The position numbers and the translations under genes are program-made. This document shows, piece after piece, positions 12,701 through 25,500 of a DNA stretch of 64,000 bases. The stretch is from Balanoglossus misakiensis (taxonomy: Eukaryota > Animalia > Hemichordata): contig CM082577.2 of NCBI GenBank assembly GCA_040954595.2, forward strand, positions 10,131,846-10,195,845, read 5' to 3'. The first letter of the stretch is position 1. Each line of letters starts with the position of its first letter. The notes under the pieces are model-generated. The model was given only the letters and a program-made list of their open reading frames with translations. It was not told where the DNA came from and did not search any database.

Positions 12701-15700
12701 CTGTTCTCTGTAAAATTAAAAAGTCCACATACCACGACTTAAGCCCCCGCCGCCGTTTGCAAACAGGTACTCGCTTCAGTGTCGTTGTTTCAAAAAAATT
12801 AACAACAGGTTCTAAACGACAGAAATTATTCTACAGACACTTAGTATATACCGTACACACATTCATTTTCGCCGAACCCCGTTCTGAATGTGGACACACA
12901 CACGAACGCTATTTTTAGAGAGAAAAGGTGTTGGGATTGCTGTAGTTATTTACTTAAAAACGTACCAGACATATACCCCAAACACGATTATATGTATTTC
13001 GGGGTAAACTGTAAAACTAGTACGCGTACAATACACATTCGCTGGATTTGTCGGTTTATTTTGTTCAAACAAGGACCGAATTAATCCTGCAAAAAATAGA
13101 ACGAAAAGTACTCATTTCGTCCGCATATTATTCGTACGCAATTCTCCTAAAAACCCTTCCAATCGCGCTATACCGTTTCTTTGCCGGGGAGCTAAAATAT
13201 TCACTGTTTAATGAAAAAGGAACATGTTAAAAATCACGTTGCTATTTCAAAGGAGAGAACATCAAATTTGCATCATGCAAAAATGGAATGTAGAATCACT
13301 CGTCATGTTTACTTCGGTTGGTATTAAATTAAAATTAGACAAAGTATGATTACGACAGCCTGAGAGCCTATATCACCGAGCGCCAAAACCCCATCGGTAA
13401 ACGTCCAACGGAAGAAGAGGTTATGTGCGCCTATAAATTTACTCCGCCTGCGCCAGAATGGTCATATCAGATTCGAATCTTTCTCCACACTTTCATCATA
13501 CACTATGAAATTTAATTCGCAGTCAACAAACAAATTTAACGTTAAAAAGAAAATTGACACGACTTTTCATTCGATTACGATAGTGCAAATATAATAACCG
13601 AGCAAATGCGTATTATTTGCTCCCAGATTTCATGAGCACTTTTGCCGAAATGTTCTTCGGGGGAAACAAACGAGCCTGTAATTCGATCATTAGCGATATT
13701 GCACGAAAACATTGGCTGATCGGGTGGAATTGGTTTAATCTTTGAAAACAAACGGCAGTTTTCTACGGCGTCGGTTGCTGAGAGACTCTTGTCGAAAAAA
13801 AGGCGAATTGAACGATGAATGTATGTATTCACGTCATGGCGGTCTAAGTAAGTACAAATAGATAACGACAACAACAATGATGCCCACTATTGAACGAAAA
13901 CAGGTTGAGCGGTTTGCACGGGCATTTCATTCAAAAATTCGAAAAATTACTTTATCCACACAAACTGCTCGTTTTCAACTTCTTTCTTTTTTGAAGTGAC
14001 AACTCAGGAGCCTGTGAAATATTTTTGAAACAAATTCCGTTAACAAGGGAGTAGATGTCATCTTCCTGTAGCATTTTCTAAGTTTATCTTTTTGTCACGC
14101 TTCTTTCTCTTAAAAAAGTATAATAAACAGATGACCGGAGGTCAATTTAATATTCACCCAACGATACTTCCCATGAAAAAATGTTCCCAAATTTAAACCT
14201 GTCCTTGAGGTTTTTCTAAGCTTCGGTCATTATAATCGCAAATTAAATAAACTAATGTCAAAAGTATTATTATATTATATCACGCTACCGTCCGCGATTC
14301 TGATTGGACGAGAGCTGAATCCAGCCATGGTAAAATACTGTTTTACCATGGCTAGCAGTGGTAAAACGGGCCCCTGAACTAGCATACGGCAGCAAAATGT
14401 GCGGTTAAACCACAGTCGCGCGTGTTTAAACCAAATAAATAAAACAAAAATAATGTTGAATTAACGGGCGTTTTATTTTGGAACTGCTCTGTGGATATAT
14501 TTGTCGCTTTGCCACGCGCGATGCCCGTCTTGTCACTTTTTGTCGTCTGCTTCATGTTTAATGCTCGATCCCGGCCGCTCGTGTTTACATTCGTCGTCGC
14601 CATGTTGGTTCACGATCGTAATTTCTCTTTCTGACACCGTTTTGGTAAGAAAATGACACTGATATGCCACAAAAACAGTTGTTGATATACTATAATAGCA
14701 ATAACCCCCGCCTCAGTCGGGTATACACTCGATTTGGGTACAATTCGCTCCATATAGCACTCGCCTGACGGCTCGTGCTATATGTCTCGAATTGTACCCA
14801 AATCTCGTGTATACCCGCCTGCGGCGGGGGTTATTGCTTAATTTAAAATACTAAGGCAAAATAAACTTCCGGCATTACAAATGACGGTACAGGAATAACT
14901 TTCATAACAGGAACTTTCCCAGTGATGCATACCTCAATGGTGAAAATATAATATTTTTATTAAGAACTTTGCGATTACAATTATGTTGTCATGGAAACAG
15001 AGCAAGTGGAAGCGACTCACATGGAAAGTACTCAAAAGATAAACCATCAAATTATGGCGGTCGCCTTTTGGGGGGCATAAAGAAGTCTCACAAGTAAATT
15101 GTTATCTTTATTTTAAGTTTTCCGGTCCATGGAAGAACGCATTTTTTATTTTGTAAGATTCTGTATTTTAAGTTTTCCTGTATTGTGACGTCCATGAAGG
15201 AGAATAAAAACAAGAAGAACGCATTTTTTATTTTGTAAGATTCTGTATTTTAAGTTTTCTTGTATTGTGACGTCCATGAAGGAGAATAAAAACAAGAAGA
15301 ACGCATTTTTTATTTTGTAAGATTCTGTATTTTAAGTTTTCCTGTATTGTGACGTCCATGAAGGAGAATAAAAACAAGAACAACGCATTTTTTATTTTGT
15401 AAGATTCTGTATTTTAAGTTTTCTTGTATTGTGACGTCCATGGAAGGAGAATAAAAACAAGAAGAACGCATTTTTTTTTATTTTGTATGATTTCAGATGT
15501 CTACGTAAGGCCGATACCCTAGCAACGGCAATGGGAACTCGATAACACACACACGTGTCATAATCATACTTTTATTTGATTTGATTGAAGAATCGAACGC
15601 GTCATAATGAAATGGACAGAATTGGCATTAAATTGGGGAAATATGAAACTCGCGGGAGAGAATAAAAAAACAGGCGCTTTAATTGCATTGTGCGCGAAAT

Positions 15701-16322
15701 AATATCATATTGAAATATAGAATGGGTAATCGAGACATGAACGCGGTAACGATTTGTATACTACTTTCTGTGTATAAAGGACTGGAGAGACTTAATTGCA
15801 AAGGCAGTTTCTCGGTACATGCGATGCATACATTCTTTTCAGAGCTTATCATTGATTTGAACAAACGCTCAATACTGCTTTGTGCGTTTTGTCCATGTTG
15901 CGCTTCGAACGCTTGAGAATACACGGAAAGCAACTCCGGTTTTCCATTTCCCTTTGTACGTGACTTTCGTACAAATAAACAGCCATCGATCCCGTCCTCC
16001 CTTTTTCGTGGCAATAATGGACCCACTTTTCTGTGACGTGTATGTGCTTTCGAGACACTCAGGCTATATTCGATACATCACATTCATCTCCCTCCTGTTG
16101 ATAAACTGAGACGCAAAGTTCCCGTACAATGCGCGTTTTAATATCTATTCTGCACAATTCAATCGGAAGAAACACCATATTACAATCAGTGTGTTTTATT
16201 GATCGTGTTCTTCATATTTCTTATGTCAACATCTCTCTCTTTTCTCTCTATCTCTCTCCCTCCCTCTCCCTCCCTATCTCCCCTCCAACCTCTCTCTCTC
16301 TCTCTCCCTCCCTCCCTCCCTC

Positions 16323-16411
<89 letters not shown>

Positions 16412-19112
16412 ATGTATCCTTATGTCATTTCTATTTGAGTGATCCGCGTACATATGTGCGTCACCCTAAAGACATATACGAAACAAAAATCCACTTAAGG
16501 TACATTTAGCTTCTTCTGTCCGAGAAATACACCATAAAATTGGGCAATAAATGGAAATCATCTCACTCAAATGTTGGTCTTAGAAACAAAATACCTCGTT
16601 CTAAGAGTGTGCAGCAAATAAAATCGAATTACTTCATAAATGTCTAGTGTACCAAGCCCTTGGGTCGTCATCGGCAATGACATTGCATTCGCTATGAACT
16701 ACTCAAGTCAATATTTAGTCAGATATACTTCGCTAGGCATGACAGGAAATTATCAACACCGGAGAAAAACGAAAACAGGCGCATAAAAATAAAATGAACC
16801 CGCAATGAGATCATTTTATTGAAGTTATTATGTGGAAACTGAATATGACGAATGCCATGATCTTCCTGTTTGAAAACAATGATTTACAGTGATGTGGCGC
16901 AAACGGTGTAATTACTAAAATCAATCCATGCAACTCTTTGTGGTGCATTCAGAAAGAATCTTGCCATGCACAGGCATTGTCGCTCGGGTTACTTTCTGTG
17001 GTAATATCCGCGTTTTATGTGAGCGTCAGAATCCGCGTTTTGCCGCCGTCTGTGTGCGACGACCGGAAAGAGTCAATTATCACCGTCATAAAAATCCCCA
17101 ACACGACAAAGGTCGATGTGCTACTGACTTACGTAAAGAGAAGGTGATTTAGACCGTTTGGGAAACGTATTGTGGGTCAGACTGGGGTTACTAGTAAGGT
17201 GTTGCCTGGCTTATTGTTTTGTACTCCTCGCCGGCAGATAACATTTAAAGCCCCAGTGACTCTATCTTATCGCTATTTTTTCAGTATTTTTCTCTGATGT
17301 ACCACTTTAACTCCCGTTTTTGTTTTGCTCTGGATATCTGGAAATTTTCAGCTTTTAGTTTCTGGACAAATCCTGTATTTGAGTAACGGCCGTTGTTATT
17401 GTTGACAAATGATCTTATTAAGTCCGGACTAGAAATACAGTTTTCAGCAATAAGATGCTGATTACTATAGTACCACAAAAAGGTTATGTCGAAAAAACAA
17501 ATAATGTGCAATTCTTTATGTTTTACAGAGTAGGACAATAAGCCACTGTTGAAACCTTTATCAGACATATTTTGCAAATAGCCCAAAGTTGGAGTTTCTT
17601 GGACTTTAAATGATAAGGGCAAACACTAATATCCTTTTTTGAAGCGCGGAATTGAAAAGATCTCATGCGATGATTCATTAAGCACCCCTCTCAGTGTGAA
17701 GAATCTCGGTCAAATTCATTGAATTCGACTTCTTAAGGCAGCGCATGGCGCCATTTTCTTTAAAAATACACCCGATAGTAGAAATTTGAGTTCGATTGGT
17801 AAATTATCAAGAATTCCGAGAGAAGACACAAATGTTACGTCATATTGCAATTAACCCATGCCCAGGGTCTTACAAGACGCCTGTTGAGAGCGTGACAGAG
17901 CGATCCATTGGCCGGCTTACATATTACACGGACGTTAACGCCATTTAATTTTGAACAAATGAAATAATAGGGATAAATTAGGAATTTTAAATTGATGATT
18001 GGATTATATTGCTTTTCGTTTACAACCTCGAATCAAAACAACGCACGTCGTTTAAGCGGGATCGCTTGTCGCAATGTTCTCTCAGAAAAAAATATTTGGT
18101 TTCGACTACATTCGACATCATAATGGGTTAAACACAAAAAACCTACTCAGATACGTAAAAAGTGCAATTGCCATAGTCTTGACCAAAACTCTCTACGATG
18201 AGACGGTTATTAAACGCTTGCTGTTTGCTGCGTGAACAGTTAATCGATCTGTTTTAGAATTCATCTCGGGAAGGTATTAGATATCAATTAAGTTATTCAT
18301 AGAGTCGATCGGATTAGCAATTGTTTTCGGTTTAATTAAAGAATAACATTTTGTATTGTGCTTCTTCATAATTTATAGTGGTAATATTTCAATGAATATC
18401 TGGACTGTGTTTTCTATACAGGCGTGGGCAATTACCTCGGCTGTTACACCATCGACAAGGAGAACCGCGTGTACGGAATATCCCCCGGCAACTATGACCC
18501 CGGCTCCCTGACCCCGGACATCTGCAACGGCGCCTGCAGCGACCTTGGCTACGTGTTCGCCTCGGTGGAAGCCGGCGCCTTCTGCTTCTGCTCGGACAAC
18601 AACTACGACATCGGCGCCAAGGAGCCGGACGACACCAGCTGCAACGTCGTCTGCACGGGCGACGGGGGTTCCTTCTGCGGCTCGAACTCGCACAGCAGCG
18701 CCTACCAGACGCCGTCTCCCATATCGGTCTTCCTGGACCCGGCCGTGAACGACTTCCAGGTGTTCGCGCCGTCCAGCGTGGCCGTCTTCAACACCTCCGG
18801 ACCCTCGCTGACCTTCTCCTTCAACTACGGAGATGACTCGGGCGACACGCCGTACGACGCGTCGCAGTCTTTCGACCACACGTACACTTTGCCTGGGGAG
18901 TACATCGTCACGATCGCGGCGGATAACGAGTTCATGTCGGTGAGTCTCATTGCTATCTCTAACTTCTGGCTATTCTTTTCAGCAGTTATGCTTTGTGAAT
19001 GTATAAACTACGTGTTTGTTCTCCTCCCTATATTATCATCCCATGGCCCACCACGCCCACTTTCTGTTTGTCAACAAGTCGTGTATGTATATATGTGTGT
19101 CATCAGGATTGA

Positions 19113-19183
<71 letters not shown>

Positions 19184-19305
19184 GAAGAAAGGAAGAATGA
19201 ATGAATGAATGAATGAATGAATGAATGAATGAATGAATGAATGAATGAATGAATGAATGAATGAAAGAAAGAAAGAAAGAAAGACAGACAGACAGACAGA
19301 AAGGT

Positions 19306-19380
<75 letters not shown>

Positions 19381-19459
19381 AAAAGAAAGAAAGAATGAAT
19401 GAATAAATGAATGAATGAAAGAAAGAAAGAAAGAAAGAAAGAAAGACAGAAAGAAAGAC

Positions 19460-19530
<71 letters not shown>

Positions 19531-22500
19531 AAAATGTTCATTTATATTATTTCCTTTGGGGGTTACTGACATAGGGTAGGATTGATTAAGATATTATGAG
19601 GATTTTACTTCTTTTGGGTTCAACAACATCTCGCGAAAGGTCATAACGAGCATTTACGAGACTATATGTAAACTTGGGAGAAAACCACACCTTTTTACCA
19701 CAGGCAATAATACTCTCGCGCCCGTAATGGCGTTTTGATGTTTTTCTCTCGACCAGCTTGTTGAATGCGTACAATTGCACTTCGCTTAATTGCCACTTTT
19801 TTCATAAAACCGCGCGTCGCAATTAATGATCGCTTTTTAATAGAGCGAATACGATGCAAAATAAACATACCCAGCGATGCACAACAAAGCTTTTCAGAGA
19901 AAATAAATATGAATAGACCTTCAGGAGCGCTGGTATTTTCTCTTCATTTGCGCCGTTATCAACCTCGCCGGCGCGAAGTTCAATATCACCATGGCAACAG
20001 TCAACACGCGGTGACGCAAGGTGACACAGTTGCTCGATAACATTTTTTTACACAGTAATATCGCAACAAACAAACGCGGTTATGCTTTTTCTTTGTTGCG
20101 AATTCATATCCGATGGTGGACAATATCTCGGTTGGAAAGATCTAGAACGGCCTTGTTGCAGTGTATAAGTCACACTAGACGGCCATCCGGAGGCAGCACA
20201 ACGCAGAAAATTTTGCCCTCTTAGCCCATAAAGGTAAACCTAGATATTTTAGATGGCAACAGCTGAAAGCTAGATTTACATCCGCCTTAGGGGGTCAACA
20301 CGGCCACCTTCGATCGCGGCTGATGCCGAGAAGAAAGAGAGTTTCAGGCCTCTAAGTAATCAAATCAAAACAGAAGCGGCGAACGCCAGAACCTTTTAGA
20401 AGTAGTCAATACGTGAATCGTGAACAGGGCCCTCGGAGAAATTGATAGAACAACTGGTCCGGGATAAAGAAACGGTCGATCAACGTAAACGTCAAAGCAG
20501 GCGTCATGGCAACGGCTGTGATGACAAGGCGTTGCTATGGTGAGCCGAGCGGCTGGTGCAGTGCTCGTGCATGGTCTGAGATTCACCGGGTCGGTCGATA
20601 TTTAGTAAAAACTAACATAATCACGCGATTTTTCTTTAATATTTATAAATAATAACTGTTTCAAAGTATACAATAAAACATATATCCAGGAAGTATCTCA
20701 ATGTATTCGTTTACAATGAATTTGGCGGACTCAGTTCTAAAACCTTTAGTGAACTTACTTTAGCTATATGTTGGCCGCACAAGTCTGTTTTATAGCAGTA
20801 AGAAAGAGAGTTTTTTTGAGAGAGCCTTAAAGCCCAATGAGCTGCAACTGTTGGAATTTTCATAATTTTGTTTCAAACTGTACTAATATTAGGCCATACA
20901 GCTGTATGCACTGAAGCATATACAAGTACTTTTAACCCTAAGTATGAGGGTCAATTTACATGTACATGCAAGTTTTACCCAGAAAAATAATAAAACTTTG
21001 CCACAAAGAAAATGACTTGGGAAAATGCAAAATACAATGAAAACGTTGCATTCCCCTCTTTGAAACTTTGTAAACAAAGCATGATCTATTCCACTGGAAC
21101 ACATGGAAGTAAATGTACTCCACTGAGACATGGCATTTTCATTTTTCATTGCAATATTTTTTTTTTTTAATTGTGTGAATTTTCGAATGTACCGATATTT
21201 CTTTCATTTCTTGGACATGTCGTCATACATAAGTGCTTTCTTGCTATCCTATCAGGCAATATCATTTAATAGACAGAATTAAAAGCATATCCGAGATCAT
21301 TTAAAGCTTAACATTCGTTATGCAGTTGCAGCTCATAGGGCTTTAATCATGCCCTGGCGAGACAAATAAATTATTCTACACAGTCGTCTGTTTGTTCTTC
21401 GAGGCGCGTTAAAATAACGTTTATATCATTCATTCGCCATACAATAATAAAATGATGGAAGCCAGCTCGAGCCGGATCGCACAGTTCAATGAACGCTAAT
21501 GTTCCGCTTAATTTCAGTGGAAATGGAAGTCTGCATAAATTAGACCCCATCTGCAATTTGTAGCCACTGAACCGAGCTCAATACATGCAAAGTACATTAA
21601 TACGCCAAAAGAGCAAATTTCTGATAAACCGATGTAATCTGCTTGCCTTGCGATTTATTGAAGAGTGATGCCTTTTAGTTCGATAGAAAATTGTATGATT
21701 GCAAGACGGAATCCAGTCTCCCTTGGAACACGTCACGATTTTTGCGCATTAATTAAAAAAGTTTCGTGATATCCAGAAGTTTACGCTCCGATCGTTTTTC
21801 TCAAATTTCCAGATATTAATATTTACAGATAATTATTTTATTCGCGCTTTACTATACTCTATGATTCCGCATCTTTAATTTCAGTTTTACTGCATGTACT
21901 GTTTTTTGTCACCACCGTTACTGCTTTCGTATTTCAGACTTGTCTGTATTATTTTCTGCGTGTTGGGAATTTGGCGCCGAAATATTGGCGGGAAGAGCAT
22001 TGCCGATAAAGCTATGCAGATGATTAATCCCCCTTCACCAATTTTCTAGCAGGGACATTTTGTTTGCCATTAATCGAAGTTTTTTTTAATTCAAATAACG
22101 CAGCGGAAACATTACCTGTAGCGCATTTAGTTCCCTAATCGTGGTGACGAGAACGACACACTATTGGGATATGCAAATGTGATTAAATGGCGGTAAATCA
22201 TTTTTTTCTTGTGTGTGTGGCCGAGTTCTTTACAAAATCACAGAATCCATTCATTCATTTAACAGTTCGCTTTTAAAAGCATCGTGGAACACGAAAGATG
22301 CCTACATTTAGCAAATGGGCTAAGTTCACTTGGTTGGCGACCTCTCATCTTAAAGAAGTGTCGGTGATCTCGTGAGAAATCGTGATGTAATATTTTGTTC
22401 TGAGGCGCGGTGCTCGCACCACAAATGAGTCTCCTACACTTTCGTGCAATATCTCCGCAATGAATCATCACCCGATCATGAGTCGCGTGAAAATAACAGA

Positions 22501-25500
22501 AAAGAATTAAATTGTGTTTAAACATCATACATGTTGATGGAATTGGTAGTGATAGGTACTCAATGGCGCCTGCGCCTTGATGTATTACTTGCGGTGCGAC
22601 CGACACAAACCTGGTAAAGCCAGAGAAAAAAGTCTGTCTGTCACCAATGAAATATGTTTGCGTCTTTATGTTTTGTATGACGCAGTCGGTCCATTCGTCA
22701 CCGTTTCAGATTACATGCCTATGGATGTTTATCAGAGAGAACGGTAGTTAAAAAATCGATATTTACACCGCCGAGAAACTATCCGTCTAGTACATGTAAT
22801 TGCCCCCAGTGTTGTTGATTTTGTTGTGCGTGTTTCTTTCTCAATTCCCCATTACTCTACTCAGTTTTCAGTTTTATAAACATAGCCTTTTATTTGTTTA
22901 ATGCGTTCTATTGTCGAGATTTTACTCGGATTCGAAAGTTCATTTTTTTGCCAAATATTTACAACACGCCTAGTTTAGTATTACTCAGTCGAACCTGTAT
23001 TCTGACAGATTTAGTATTGGTGGACGGAGGTTAGGACGCCCCCACCGAAGGAATTATAACGTTGTTCACATTCGTCAATCCGACTGAAATTTATGGCGCC
23101 ATAAAGTAACTGTCCTTTTGGGAAAAGCTTTGGGCTATACTGGTACATGTATATGGTACCTGAATTTGGGCCGACTGAGATTTTGTCTCCACCTTAATCC
23201 AGTTATCAACACACCGCCATTTTACTCGCTCTTATCGCATATGAACATGTGACGGATCAACTAGGCCGACGTAATAACACGTCCACACATGCGAATTAGC
23301 GTCGGGCTGGATTTTATGTCGGCCCTGACCCCCTCCCCCCTCCTTTCTATACCGGGACCAAAAAAAAGTCGCCCATGGGCCGACGCAGCGTGTCCACATT
23401 GGTTATTTTGCACCGGCCCAGGCCCAGCACCGGTGCTACACCGCCGTAAACTGTCCAGTCTGAACCCCCTTTATGTCTTTCCTTCCAGCCTTCTTACGAT
23501 GCTATCCGCGTGTACGCCATGGCACCGGTGGGGAGGGTGTCCGTAGAATGTAACTTCGCTGTGCAGCCGAACGACGTGGTGCGATGCATCACCACGACTA
23601 TAGAGGGCTCCGACATGACACTGTCAATGGACCTGGACACAGACCTAGTGCCAGAGTTCAGCATTGCAGGTGAAGTATCGCTCAGAAATGGGATTGTGAA
23701 TGTGTAACAAAAACAGCAATTATCACGAAGGCCTGCTGTTTTCTGCAGTTTCCCCCATTTTACTAGTCTTTTAAATTGTATGATCCAGCCGACTAGGAAA
23801 CAAACGTGACACGAAATACATGTTTTGATTCAAGTAGATTTTCACAAGACACGATTCTTGAGTAACCTTCCGGACGTCAGAGATTTTGTCGAAATTGGTC
23901 ACGCTATTAGTCTTTCACGTGACCTCTCCCCCAGTAGACAAAACAAAAATTTTAGGTTCAACCATTCGATTGGTTTTTGTTTTTGTTTTCTCTATAAATC
24001 AGTGCAGGCGTCAACTTATGATGTCACAAAACATCGCGTACATTCATATTGGTCGCAGTCAAAGGTGCCTGCGAATGTCGAACGGCCTCTATAGAACAGT
24101 GGCATGGCGGGCACCTGTGGTAACAGTACATGTAGGTCCCAACATCCGTGACAATGGGAGAGGAATATCCAAACCATAAATTTCTCGATTACCAAATTCG
24201 AAATTGTTGTTGCTCTGCCCACAGACCCACTGTTCTTCGGCTTCGGACTTCCCATGCCACAGTACACGGACGGCGGCGTGTCCGACGGAGGCACCATGCT
24301 CGGAGGCAACTCTGACGTTTGGATCGTGCCGGAGGCGGAGATTACCGAGTACGGACGCCTGATCGCTTGGGAACTGTACGTTTCTGATGTCGGTGATCAA
24401 ACGCTGGACCTCTTGGTAGGTGATTGCAAAGATACCATGTAACTTGGCATAAAGTCACGTGGCCACGATGACCGTTCACTATAAAATAGGGTCTAACTGA
24501 GAGAAAAATAATATACAGAGAACGGACATCCGTCGTCCTATTCCGCTTACAATTGAATACACATACATGTACTTTTCTTGACGTCATAGATTTATTTATT
24601 TTCTTAGTTTAATTCAACACCTGCTCATTTATTTTGGGTTTCACACATTCATTAGAAACTTTAAAGATTTCTCAAAACAGAAGCTTATTCCATACCTTTT
24701 CTTGTCTTACTGGAAAAAAACTACATATTAAATGAGCGAGTTGTTGTTTTATATTTAAAACCTCCATTGCATACATACAACCAATTTCATTTCTGAACAT
24801 TCCAATACAGATTTTCCGACCCGACTGTGCCAATAATGCTGGCACGTCGTACTGTGCCAAAACCAATCTCTGCCAGGCCAGTTGCGCCGGTGTTTGGAAC
24901 CCGGACGCCAATCCCCTCTACCAGGACATCTGCACGGCCACCGAGGTCTTCTGCCTCAGCCGGAAGCGTTGCGTCCCGCGTGACGCGCCAAACACCTGCG
25001 ACGCCGAACCGCAGCGTCACGTCCAGAAGGGGGACGCGCCGGCCGATGCCATGTCCGACTACACCGTGGCTTGGGTCTCCACGGTCACGGTCACCGGCGC
25101 CGGTTACCAGCTGCTTAAGCTGGACGCCGTCCCCGATGACCAACTCTTCAGCGTCGACGTCGGCGACAAGCTGGGTTTCAGGGCCCACGTCGGCGGAGCC
25201 CAAGTCGCCTTCAGAGCCATCTCAACGGGCGAGCCTCTCGAGTTCAAGCACGACGGCGTCGCTGCTACCCCGAGCGTCGGTGACCTGTACACGGTCGCGA
25301 GCGGCGCCAGCAGCGAGACGCGACATCTCATCCGAGCTGTCGTTTCCGACCCGTCTCTGGCCTTGGTGACGCATTCCTACCCGGCCGTTGGCGAATACAC
25401 GGTCAGTGCCACAGCTATGAACGATTTGAACTCCCCAACAGGACTCACCGCATCTACCATAGTATATGTCCAAGAACCTATTGCAGGTAAGTTGAATAGA

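Noticed and set aside
15132-15487. Possible CRISPR-like array
   Set aside because: Units are contiguous near-identical 82-mers with no unique spacers, no cas genes, and the context is a eukaryotic intron.
9707-18421. Hidden LRR or C-type lectin exons, or a nested gene, in the 8.7-kb intron
   Set aside because: No ORF with LRR/CTL motifs or exon-like codon bias was seen; the short ORFs look random or repeat-derived.
19016-19572. KKER/FFLS/FIHS-repeat ORFs
   Set aside because: Translation of (GAAA)n/(GAAT)n microsatellites.
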